Source of the DNA: Gammaproteobacteria bacterium
Lineage (GTDB): Bacteria > Pseudomonadota > Gammaproteobacteria > GCA-001735895
Direction: 5' to 3'
DNA: 36,313 nt
Assembly (NCBI GenBank): GCA_041821565.1
Contig: JBGUEB010000003.1
Location: 1 to 36,313, forward strand
Part shown: positions 16,949 to 25,360 of the stretch, piece after piece
Layout of the letters: every line of letters starts with the position of its first letter
How positions within the stretch are numbered: the first letter of the stretch is position 1
The notes under the pieces: generated by a model
Told to the model about the DNA's origin: nothing
The model's input: the letters and a program-made list of their open reading frames with translations, nothing else
The model's database searches: none
Made by a program: the position numbers and the translations under genes

Positions 16949-18131
16949 CCCAGTTAAGCGCACCACCAGTCTGGTACTCGGTGACGCGTGTTTCAAAAAA
17001 ATTCTTTTCCTTTTTCAGATTGGCCTGTTCATCGAGCCAGGGCAGTGCGTTTTCAGCGCCCGGAAACGGGATCGCATGATCTAGTTTATTGGCACGGCGA
17101 TTGGCGATAAAACGGAACTGTGCAATATGATCTTCTGCACTATATCCAAGAATAGGTTCGGGCAGCAGAAAGTGGGCATACTGGGTTTCAGCGGCTTCCG
17201 CCTCTTCCCACATGTGCTGGATAATTTTCGGGTCGAGCTTTACTTTTTCTTCCAGAATTATTTGTTTGACTACGCGTATTCCAAACGACGCATGTAAAAC
17301 TTCGTCGCGCATGATGTACTGCAGTTGTTCAGCGGTTCCCTTCATCAGGCCTCGACGTTGCAATGCAAAAATAGGACTGAATCCGTTATAGAACCAGGTG
17401 CCTTCGAAAACCCCGGCAAAAAAGGTGTAAGCAAGAACGAAACTCTCCAGTTCATCGCGATCATTCAAATCCATATTAGAGCGTAACACCGAATCGAGCC
17501 TTTGATTGCAAAGCTGGATCTTATGGTGAATTTCGGGAACGACGCGGTAGCGGTTGTATATTTCTCCCTGATCGAGGCCAATCGATTCGATGCAATGTTG
17601 ATAAGTCCAGGTATGCATGGCTTCTTCATAAACCTGGCGCGCCTGGTAAATTTGTAACTCGGGGGCAGTCATTTTTTCCATTACTGCGAGGCCGATATTG
17701 CGCATTGCCAGAATATCTGAGGTAGTTAAATAGGACAGTACGTTTTCATAAACATGACGTTCTTCCAGGGTTAGCTTGTGCTGGTAATCATGTACATCCT
17801 GGGTCATGTTGATGTCCAGTGGTGTCCAGTGATTTTTGTTGGCGTTTAAAAAATATTCCCAGGCCCAGGGATATTTGAATGGCGCCAACTGGTTAATATC
17901 CGCCAGCCCATTAACCACTCGTTTGTCGTCGGCGTTAATCGGTTTGGCAACAACCGGACTGATAACCGGTCTTGGGATATCGATTATTTCTGACTCGGTA
18001 GCTGGCGCCTGGCGCAGATCGAGACCAACGGGTTTACCGTCAGTGGATTCGACGCTAGCAATAGAAGCTTCCAGACTCGGTGCTGGCATCCTCGGTGTGG
18101 TCGGTGCTAACGGGTCATCCCAATTAAACAT
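16944..18131 (-). CDS. nrdB: Ribonucleoside-diphosphate reductase class Ia beta subunit
   Basis: Diiron ligands TSD, EEAMH, FEG, DEVLH; radical Tyr retained (HTWTY); C-terminal EKNFFETRVTEYQ. Confidence 0.96.
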   Translation of the reverse strand: MFNWDDPLAPTTPRMPAPSLEASIASVESTDGKPVGLDLRQAPATESEIIDIPRPVISPVVAKPINADDKRVVNGLADINQLAPFKYPWAWEYFLNANKNHWTPLDINMTQDVHDYQHKLTLEERHVYENVLSYLTTSDILAMRNIGLAVMEKMTAPELQIYQARQVYEEAMHTWTYQHCIESIGLDQGEIYNRYRVVPEIHHKIQLCNQRLDSVLRSNMDLNDRDELESFVLAYTFFAGVFEGTWFYNGFSPIFALQRRGLMKGTAEQLQYIMRDEVLHASFGIRVVKQIILEEKVKLDPKIIQHMWEEAEAAETQYAHFLLPEPILGYSAEDHIAQFRFIANRRANKLDHAIPFPGAENALPWLDEQANLKKEKNFFETRVTEYQTGGALNWD

Positions 18132-18176
18132 AGTGGTCTCCTGATTTAACGTTATTGTCGGTACGGATCTGGCTGA

Positions 18177-21032
18177 CTACTGACATGCTTCACAATCCGG
18201 GTCAAGAATTGAACAGACCTTTGGTTCAGGCTCTACCAGGGTGGCTACTGGCTCCCGCGTGTCAGATTTTTCTACCGATGTGGCGCCAAGAGAACGTAGG
18301 TAATAAGTAGTCTTCAGTCCGCGAGCCCATGCCAGCTTGTAGAGATTATCGAGCTTCTTGCCTGAAGGTTCAGCCATATAAAGATTTAGCGACTGGCCCT
18401 GATCGATCCACTTTTGACGGCGAGAACCAGCCTCGACCAGCCAGCGCGAGTCAATTTCAAAAGCAGTTGAATATATCGCCTTTAGTTCGTCCGGTACCCG
18501 GTCAATACTTTGCACGCTGCCGTCGTAGTACTTGAGATCGTTGACCATGACTTCATCCCAAATACCATGCGCTTTGAGATCGTCGACCAGGTAGGGATTT
18601 ACCACCGTAAATTCGCCGGACAGGTTCGATTTGACATATAAGTTCTGGTAAATCGGTTCGATCGACTGGCTAACACCACAGATATTTGAAATTGTGGCGG
18701 TTGGCGCAATCGCCATCGTATTCGAATTACGCATGCCTATATTCATCACCCGCTCCCGCAGACTGTCCCAGTTCATACAGGAGCTTTCATCCTGCTGGAG
18801 GTAGTCGCCGCGAGCTGCCTTTAGATTGGCGATCGAGTCGATGGGTAGAATTCCCTGACTCCAGAGTGATCCCTGATAGCTGGAATAAATACCGCGTTCT
18901 TCAGCCAGTTGAGTCGAAGCCTGGATTGCATAATAGCTGACGGCCTCCATTGACTGGTCGGCAAAATCTATCGCCTGTTCCGAGGTATATGGAATGTGCT
19001 GTATGTACAGTGCATCCTGAAATCCCATGATGCCCAGGCCTACCGGTCTATGGCGAAGGTTAGAAGTGCGTGCCTGTTGGACACTGTAGTAGTTGTAATC
19101 GATTACATTGTCGAGCATACGCATTGCGGTGTTGATGGTTTTCTCGAGCTTTTCCAGATTCAAACCATTTTCATCCACGTGCTGCGGCAGGTTGACCGAG
19201 CCCAGGTTGCATACTGCAATTTCAGTGTCCGATGTATTCAGGGTAATTTCCGTACACAGGTTGGATGAATGCACCACGCCTGAATGGCGCTGCGGTGAAC
19301 GGATATTGCATGGGTCCTTGAAGGTTATCCATGGATGTCCGGTTTCAAACAACATGCCAAGCATCTTGCGCCACAGGTCAGTGGCAGCTACACGCCGGTA
19401 ATAACTAATCTCACCCCTGTCGGCTTTTTCTTCGTAGGCAATATAAGCGGTCTCAAACTCCAGCCCGTACAATTCGTGCAATTCGGGTACTTCGTTGGGT
19501 GAAAACAGGGTCCATTGCTGTTCCTCGGCGACGCGTTTCATGAACAGATCGGGAATCCAGTTTGCCGTATTCATATCATGCGTACGACGGCGTTCTTCGC
19601 CTGTGTTTTTACGCAGATCAAGAAAGTCTTCAATATCCAGGTGCCAGGTTTCGAGATAGGCACACATTGCGCCTTTACGCTTGCCGCCCTGGTTGACAGC
19701 TACTGCCGTATCATTGGCCACCTTGAGGAATGGAACCACTCCCTGAGATTTGCCGTTGGTACCCTTGATGTGTGATCCCATCGCTCGAACCCGGGTCCAG
19801 TCATTACCGAGCCCCCCGGCAAATTTAGAAAGCATGGCATCGTCCTTGACTGCGCTAAATATGCCGTCCAGGTCATCAGGAACCGTGGTTAGATAGCAAC
19901 TGGATAATTGCGGACGCAAGGTGCCTGAATTGAACAGGGTGGGTGTGCTGCTCATGAAATCGAACGAAGACAACAAGTTATAGAATTCGATTGCCCTTTC
20001 TTCCCGATGAACTTCATTGATCGCCAGACCCATCGCAACTCGCATGAAGAATGCCTGGGGTAACTCAAAGCGTAGATCGCGGTAATGGATGAAGTAACGG
20101 TCATACAGAGTTTGTAATCCCAGGTAGGTAAACGCGTGATCGCGTTGTGGCTTCAGGGCCTTGCCGAGTTTTATCAGGTCAAATTTCAACAGCTCCTTAT
20201 CTAGCAGTTCGAGATCGGCTGCTTTTTTAATGTAATGTCTGAAGTATTCGGGGTAGCGCTGGGTCATTTCCTCAAAGGTGGCAGTGGGAATACCATCATT
20301 GATGAATGTCAGCGATTCAGTACGCAATTCATCCAGCAGTAATCGTGCGGCGACCTGTGAATATTCTGGTTCGTGATCGATTAATCCGCGGGCACTCATG
20401 ACTAATGTGGGACTGACATCCTTTGCCGAAACGCCATCGTACAGATTCTTCATGGTTTCAGCGTAAACACGATCCGCGTCAGCGCTCTCAAGACCGTTGC
20501 AGGCTTCGCTGATAATGGTTTTAAGACGCGAGGTGTCTAGCGCAATCGTGCTGCCATCCTTTAGCTTGACACTGAGATTGATAATTTCATCGAGGTCCGG
20601 GGTTTCTGGTTCTTCGATGCGTTCCTGTGCCCTGGCGTTCGATCGTTCTTCACGATATAGCACGTAAGCGCGCGCAATTTTTTGGTCGCCATTGCGCATC
20701 ATTGCCAGTTCAACCTGATCCTGGATGTCTTCTATATGGAAGGTGCCGCCGTCTGGTTGGCGTCGAGTCAGGGTTTCGACTACGAGGTCAGTGAGTTTTT
20801 CTACGGTTTCGTGAACTCGTGTGGACGCCGCCGCCTGACCTCCCTCTACAGCGAGGAATGCCTTGGTCATCGCAATTGCGATTTTGTTTTTGTCAAAACC
20901 GGTTAATTTACCATTGCGGCGGACGACCTTGTAATTAGTGATGAGTGAACTATTGTATCCCTCGGTTATAGTACCGAGTGGTTTTTCAGAGGTTATAGAC
21001 GCCGCGGTGAGAGGTGATTCAATGTTTTGCAT
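18177..21032 (-). CDS. nrdA: Ribonucleoside-diphosphate reductase class Ia alpha subunit (two ATP-cone-like N-terminal domains)
   Basis: TPTLFNSG, QLSSCYL, SNLCTEI, VCNLGS, APTATIS, TTYYLR, C-terminal CEAC redox pair. Confidence 0.97.
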   Translation of the reverse strand: MQNIESPLTAASITSEKPLGTITEGYNSSLITNYKVVRRNGKLTGFDKNKIAIAMTKAFLAVEGGQAAASTRVHETVEKLTDLVVETLTRRQPDGGTFHIEDIQDQVELAMMRNGDQKIARAYVLYREERSNARAQERIEEPETPDLDEIINLSVKLKDGSTIALDTSRLKTIISEACNGLESADADRVYAETMKNLYDGVSAKDVSPTLVMSARGLIDHEPEYSQVAARLLLDELRTESLTFINDGIPTATFEEMTQRYPEYFRHYIKKAADLELLDKELLKFDLIKLGKALKPQRDHAFTYLGLQTLYDRYFIHYRDLRFELPQAFFMRVAMGLAINEVHREERAIEFYNLLSSFDFMSSTPTLFNSGTLRPQLSSCYLTTVPDDLDGIFSAVKDDAMLSKFAGGLGNDWTRVRAMGSHIKGTNGKSQGVVPFLKVANDTAVAVNQGGKRKGAMCAYLETWHLDIEDFLDLRKNTGEERRRTHDMNTANWIPDLFMKRVAEEQQWTLFSPNEVPELHELYGLEFETAYIAYEEKADRGEISYYRRVAATDLWRKMLGMLFETGHPWITFKDPCNIRSPQRHSGVVHSSNLCTEITLNTSDTEIAVCNLGSVNLPQHVDENGLNLEKLEKTINTAMRMLDNVIDYNYYSVQQARTSNLRHRPVGLGIMGFQDALYIQHIPYTSEQAIDFADQSMEAVSYYAIQASTQLAEERGIYSSYQGSLWSQGILPIDSIANLKAARGDYLQQDESSCMNWDSLRERVMNIGMRNSNTMAIAPTATISNICGVSQSIEPIYQNLYVKSNLSGEFTVVNPYLVDDLKAHGIWDEVMVNDLKYYDGSVQSIDRVPDELKAIYSTAFEIDSRWLVEAGSRRQKWIDQGQSLNLYMAEPSGKKLDNLYKLAWARGLKTTYYLRSLGATSVEKSDTREPVATLVEPEPKVCSILDPDCEACQ

Positions 21033-21161
21033 TTAAATATTATTCCGTGATATTCAAGTTTTTGCTTTTTTATCAGCTTTGTGAAATTTATCGAACTCGC
21101 AAAGCGGTGTTTTCCAGAATCCAGATTCATGTTGCCAATGTGCCCGGCAATTCCATCCTTG

Positions 21162-21197
21162 TTGGTAGTTAAAGTGATTTATAACTTTTACTACCAA
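21162..21197. repeat. 14-bp inverted repeat (13/14) in the nrdA 5' leader
   Basis: TTGGTAGTTAAAGT-8 nt-ACTTTTACTACCAA. Confidence 0.75.
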
Positions 21198-21264
21198 AGT
21201 AGTTGTAATTTTACGAAACCGAGGTGTCTTTAGCCCGTGCAATATTGTAAAAAACTATGATGTA

Positions 21265-21294
21265 ATTATAGCACCTCAATTCGGGAAAACACAA
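21265..21294 (-). promoter_or_regulatory. nrdA promoter (extended -10)
   Basis: Minus strand TGcTATAAT (21273-21265); candidate -35 TTGTGT 18 bp upstream, inside NrdR box 1. Confidence 0.65.
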
Positions 21295-21304
21295 TATAAT
21301 GTGT
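21289..21304. promoter_or_regulatory. NrdR box 1
   Basis: ACACAATATAATGTGT matches the NrdR consensus acaCwAtATaTwGtgt, upstream of nrdA. Confidence 0.88.
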
Positions 21305-21320
21305 TTTGAATTCACGCCAA

Positions 21321-21336
21321 CTACCTTATATTGTGT
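21321..21336. promoter_or_regulatory. NrdR box 2
   Basis: CTACCTTATATTGTGT (reverse ACACAATATAAGGTAG), offset 32 bp from box 1, the usual tandem spacing. Confidence 0.8.
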
Positions 21337-21365
21337 ATTGAACTGTGGACTGGCCGGGTAAAACT

Positions 21366-21374
21366 TGTGGATAA
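21366..21374 (-). promoter_or_regulatory. DnaA box
   Basis: TGTGGATAA = reverse complement of the consensus TTATCCACA, upstream of the nrdA promoter. Confidence 0.7.
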
Positions 21375-21508
21375 ACGGGTATAAACCAGTAAAAATGGTG
21401 CTGGCAATGACTTTTAGTAAATAATTCACAAATCTATTGCTGGTTCAGAATATCGGCCAATTCAGGATCATAAAAAATTGGTAGATTATGCAGAGACAGG
21501 ATAACAGG

Positions 21509-22411
21509 ATGAGCGGTCAGTCGAGCTTGAGGTTGGGTATTGATCTAGGAGGTACCAAAACCGAGGTGGCTGTTCTGGACGATAGACTGCAGACAGTTTT
21601 TCGAAAGCGTGTCGACACACCAGCACAAGACTACGAGGCAATTCTCGTTATGATCGCGGAGCTGGTGCATGAAGCCAGAGATACTTTAGGTGGCAGACCG
21701 ACTGTTGGTATAGGAACACCCGGTGCCCTGTCTCCGAGCACCGGCATGTTGAGAAATTCTAATACTAGTTGTTTGAACGGAAAGCCTTTCCGTAGCGATA
21801 TCGAAAAGCGCCTTGATTGTTCGGTCAAGCTTGAAAATGACGCCAATTGTTTTACCCTGTCGGAGGCTCTGATTGGTGCTGGACAGGGTTTTATGACTGT
21901 GTTTGGCGTGATACTGGGAACTGGCACCGGTGGGGGGCTGGCGGTAGCCCGGCAATTATTGACTGGCCCCAATGCCATTGCGGGGGAATGGGGTCATAAT
22001 CCCTTGCCCTGGGTAAACGAATCCGATGGTTCACCACGTTGTTACTGCGGTAAAACAGGCTGTATCGAGACCTATATTTCGGGCAGCGGCCTGGCGCATA
22101 ACTTTCAATATAAAACTGGCATTGCCCTGAGTAGTGAGGAGATTGTACGGGCGGCCGAGCAGGGCGATAAGAGCTGCGAGCAGGCGATGGACCTCTACTA
22201 CGACCAATTGGCCCGTTCGCTCGCACATGTGATTAACATTGTCGATCCTGATGTAATCGTGCTCGGCGGAGGCATGTCAAATATCGACGAAATTTATCGG
22301 CAGTTGCCAGGCAGGCTCCAATCCTGGGTATTTTCCGACACCATTGTCACGCCAATATTGCCAGCTCAGCATGGCGATGCGAGCGGAGTATTCGGCGCGG
22401 CAATGCTTTAG
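21509..22411 (+). CDS. ROK family sugar kinase (fructokinase Mak/YajF-like)
   Basis: GIDLGGTK, GIGTPG, ENDANCF, ILGTGTGGG, GEWGH, CYCGKTGCIE, HGDASGVFGAA. Confidence 0.92.
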   Translation: MSGQSSLRLGIDLGGTKTEVAVLDDRLQTVFRKRVDTPAQDYEAILVMIAELVHEARDTLGGRPTVGIGTPGALSPSTGMLRNSNTSCLNGKPFRSDIEKRLDCSVKLENDANCFTLSEALIGAGQGFMTVFGVILGTGTGGGLAVARQLLTGPNAIAGEWGHNPLPWVNESDGSPRCYCGKTGCIETYISGSGLAHNFQYKTGIALSSEEIVRAAEQGDKSCEQAMDLYYDQLARSLAHVINIVDPDVIVLGGGMSNIDEIYRQLPGRLQSWVFSDTIVTPILPAQHGDASGVFGAAML

Positions 22412-22442
22412 CTCATATTTTACCCGAAGGGTGCCTAAGCAG

Positions 22443-23792
22443 TTACGACAGCACCAGGGTGGCGAGACCAAGAAACGCGACTATCCCCACCACATCAGTA
22501 ACAGTAGTTAGCACAACCCCTCCGGCAATCGCTGGATCTATACCCATCTGGCGTAACAGGACTGGAATGACTGCGCCGGCGAAAGCCCCGGCTACGAGAT
22601 TTACTATTAACGCGAAGCCAATAATGGCACCAATGTTAAAGTTTCCAAACCAGATGATAGAAAAAGACGCGACCACTAAAGCCCAGATCAAACCGTTTAA
22701 TATTCCTATAGATATTTCCTTTTTTATCAAAGATTTATAATTTGAACTACCAAGTTGTCCAAGGGCCAGCCCGCGAATCGCGAGGGTCAATGTTTGCGAA
22801 CCGGCGATGCCGCCCATGCTGGGGACGATGGTAATCAGAATCGCCAGGGCAACCACCTGGTCGAGAATATCTTCGAAAAATCCAATCACCGCTGCAGCCA
22901 GAAATGCGGTTAGCAGGTTTATTCCCAACCATACACCGCGTCGCTTTGCGCTCGTGAATGCGGATGAAAAGATATCTTCGTCTTCGGCCAGGCCAGCCAT
23001 ACTCATGATCGAGTGTTCACTTTCGTCGCGGATGACATCAATTACGTCATCGATAGTGATGCGGCCAATTAACTTGTGCTGTTCGTCGACTATCGGGGCA
23101 CTGACAAGGTCATAATTTTCGAATTCACGCGCCACTTCAGTATCGGGTAAATGCGCATACATCGCGCTGACGTCGCTACGCATGATGCTTTTTACCATAA
23201 CATCAGGATCATTAGTGAGCAGGTCACGCAAATAGAGCGCACCTAAATAATGGTCGTGGCGGTCAGTGACGAACAGCTGGTCGGTATGATCGGGCATTTC
23301 ACCGCGGATTCGAAGATATCGTAGTACAACATCCAGGCTCACATCCGCTCGGATAGTGATCTGGTCGATGTTCATCAACCCGCCGGCGGTATCGTCGCTA
23401 TAGGATAATACAGACTCGAGCTTTTCCCGTTTCTGGGCATCGAGGGTGTGTAAAACATTGACCAGGTTTTCGGTAGGCAGCGAAAGAATGATATCGGCCT
23501 GGTCGTCTACATCGGTCAAGGTTTCGATGATGGTTGCGATTTCTCTTGAACTGAGCTCCTTTAAAATATTGTCACGTACCTCGTCGCCGGTTTCGAGTAG
23601 AACCGCGCCCAGATAAACAGGTTCTATCTTTGGCCAGAGAAGATCGCGTTGTTGGGAAGGCAACGAATCGAGCAGGCTGGAAGTTTCCGCAATGTTAATC
23701 GTTTGCAGAATTTTTGAAATAGTTTCGCCGCTATCGGATTCGAGAGCTGCCGACACTTCTTGCCTTAATCGTTCTATATTGTCTTCAATCAT
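22443..23792 (-). CDS. mgtE: Magnesium transporter MgtE
   Basis: DTAGGLM, CBS pair, GRITIDD, WLGINL, MGGIAGSQ, DPAIAGGVVLTTVTDVVG. Confidence 0.96.
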   Translation of the reverse strand: MIEDNIERLRQEVSAALESDSGETISKILQTINIAETSSLLDSLPSQQRDLLWPKIEPVYLGAVLLETGDEVRDNILKELSSREIATIIETLTDVDDQADIILSLPTENLVNVLHTLDAQKREKLESVLSYSDDTAGGLMNIDQITIRADVSLDVVLRYLRIRGEMPDHTDQLFVTDRHDHYLGALYLRDLLTNDPDVMVKSIMRSDVSAMYAHLPDTEVAREFENYDLVSAPIVDEQHKLIGRITIDDVIDVIRDESEHSIMSMAGLAEDEDIFSSAFTSAKRRGVWLGINLLTAFLAAAVIGFFEDILDQVVALAILITIVPSMGGIAGSQTLTLAIRGLALGQLGSSNYKSLIKKEISIGILNGLIWALVVASFSIIWFGNFNIGAIIGFALIVNLVAGAFAGAVIPVLLRQMGIDPAIAGGVVLTTVTDVVGIVAFLGLATLVLS

Positions 23793-24095
23793 GCTTCTGA
23801 TTGTGGGTTAAATAGAGCGGAGTGTAACAGACAGTTTGTTATCTGTTAGCCTGCATATTGTATGATGGGGAATAAGGCCAGGGGAAATCTGGCTTTGCGG
23901 CAACTGCCTGTAAATACCAATGCGGTCTCATTAATAAAATGAAATATTACAAGTAAGCGGTTATGTAGCGGGGTTTTGGTGTTTTACGATGCGCCCAATC
24001 CATGTCTCTACGAGTTAAGCGGGGATCATTGAATGAGCCTGTTTCAATGCCGGTTCGGAAACCCTGAGATTCGCCAGACACCGCAAGGATTGCTA

Positions 24096-24365
24096 TTACT
24101 CGGTTTCCTCAAATCGATCTTCGATTAGTTGAACAACGGCCTTCATGCAGTCTTCTTCGTCGCCACCATCGACCTCGAGCAGGATTTCAGTACCCTTGCT
24201 TGCGGCCAGCATCATCACACCCATGATGCTTTTGGCATTAATTCGATTTTCCTGTTTAACGATGAATACATCGCTTTCAAACTGATTTGCTTTATTGACT
24301 AGTTTAGATGCAGCACGGGCGTGTAAGCCGAGTTTATTAATAATTGTCACTTTTTCAGAAATCAT
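24096..24365 (-). CDS. ptsH: HPr/NPr family phosphocarrier
   Basis: NKLGLHARAA (His15) and AKSIMGVMML (Ser46); could equally be named ptsO/npr by position. Confidence 0.93.
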   Translation of the reverse strand: MISEKVTIINKLGLHARAASKLVNKANQFESDVFIVKQENRINAKSIMGVMMLAASKGTEILLEVDGGDEEDCMKAVVQLIEDRFEETE

Positions 24366-24367
24366 AA

Positions 24368-24469
24368 TTACTGGCCCCGTATGATGCCTCTTTTAGCGCT
24401 TTCGACGGCTGCCGCTACCAGTTCCTGACCAATTTTATTGTGGGTGATGATTATCAGACCGACACTCAT
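24368..24469 (-). pseudogene. Internally deleted PTS EIIA (mannose/fructose family) gene, intact 33-codon ORF
   Basis: MSVGLIIITHNKIGQELVAAAVESAKRGIIRGQ*: EIIA-Man-like N-terminus with His10 joined in frame to an EIIA-like C-terminal helix; ATGA overlap with the rapZ stop; syntenic slot between rapZ and ptsH. Confidence 0.8.
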
Positions 24470-25323
24470 GACAGGTCTCTGTGATGTATCGAGGCGTTGT
24501 AGGGTACCCGGAGTAATTCGGTTGCGATTTTTTCAACCAGGTAAACTGACCGATGGCGACCACCGGTACAACCAACTGAAATAGTCATGTAGCTACGGTT
24601 TTCTTTTTCGAAGCTGGGAATCCAGGTTTTCAGAAAGCCGCTGATCGAATCGAGCATGTCGTTTACCTCGGTAAAGTTCTGCAGATACTGAATCACCAAA
24701 TCATCCTTACCGGTGAGCAATTTTAAACGCTCCTCCCAATGAGGATTAGGCAGGCAGCGAACGTCAAATATGAAATCGGTGTCTGCCGGTAGACCGTGCT
24801 TGAACCCGAATGACTGAATCAATATCGACAGGTCGGCACCAGTGCTCGGTAAAAGTCGGGTTATAATGGTTTGGCGCAATTCGTGAACATTAAATGTCGT
24901 CGTATCTATGATGAGATCGGCACTGGCATAAATATTATTTAACAGGACCCGTTCCAGTTGTATGACCTCGACTAGCGGTAAACCTCGTTTGGACAGGGGA
25001 TGTTTGCGCCTGGTCTCACTGAAGCGAGACAACAATTTTTTAATATCAGAGGTTAAGAACAATATTTTCAGAGAGATTTCCAATTCCCTGATTTGATTAA
25101 TTATATCGTCATATCGATCCATGTCGTCGACGCCACTTCGCGCATCGATGGCCACCGCAATCAGATCGTAAAGTGCCGGTTTCGAGTGGATCATCTTGTT
25201 GATGAAGTCGAGTAACAGCCCCACTGGAAGATTGTCGACACAAAAATAACCAGCGTCTTCGAGCGTATGCAGGGCGACGGTTTTACCAGATCCCGAGAGA
25301 CCGCTAACAATAACCAGTTTCAC
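24466..25323 (-). CDS. rapZ: RNase adapter RapZ (YhbJ)
   Basis: SGLSGSGKT, VDNLP, RFSETRRKHPL, SFGFKHG, FDVRCLPNPHW, GCTGGRHRSV. Confidence 0.96.
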   Translation of the reverse strand: MKLVIVSGLSGSGKTVALHTLEDAGYFCVDNLPVGLLLDFINKMIHSKPALYDLIAVAIDARSGVDDMDRYDDIINQIRELEISLKILFLTSDIKKLLSRFSETRRKHPLSKRGLPLVEVIQLERVLLNNIYASADLIIDTTTFNVHELRQTIITRLLPSTGADLSILIQSFGFKHGLPADTDFIFDVRCLPNPHWEERLKLLTGKDDLVIQYLQNFTEVNDMLDSISGFLKTWIPSFEKENRSYMTISVGCTGGRHRSVYLVEKIATELLRVPYNASIHHRDLS

Positions 25324-25360
25324 TTCCTGATACCCGCTTAACCAGCAATATAGAGTTTAT

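Noticed and set aside
16756-17084. ORFs 16756-16941 and 16848-17084 as real proteins
   Set aside because: They are translations of the RNA repeat or antisense to nrdB; the shared KVTTEER comes from the DNA repeat.
16944-18131. Class Ic (Mn/Fe) or metal-free RNR beta subunit
   Set aside because: The Asp first ligand, both ExxH motifs and the radical Tyr are retained, consistent with class Ia.
18177-21032. Intein or intron in the long nrdA
   Set aside because: The extra length is N-terminal (second ATP cone); catalytic motifs are contiguous with no splice or homing-endonuclease motifs seen.
21033-21260. Cobalamin riboswitch upstream of nrdA
   Set aside because: No B12-box-like motifs (GGGAA...GCCCCCGCAACTGT, GCCACTG) recognised; a cmscan would be decisive.
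21054-21429. Short ORFs in the nrdA upstream region
   Set aside because: They overlap the promoter, NrdR boxes and DnaA box, and lack RBS or recognisable motifs.
23793-24095. M-box or MgtL-type Mg2+ sensing leader before mgtE
   Set aside because: No recognisable riboswitch core or convincing proline-rich leader peptide with RBS.
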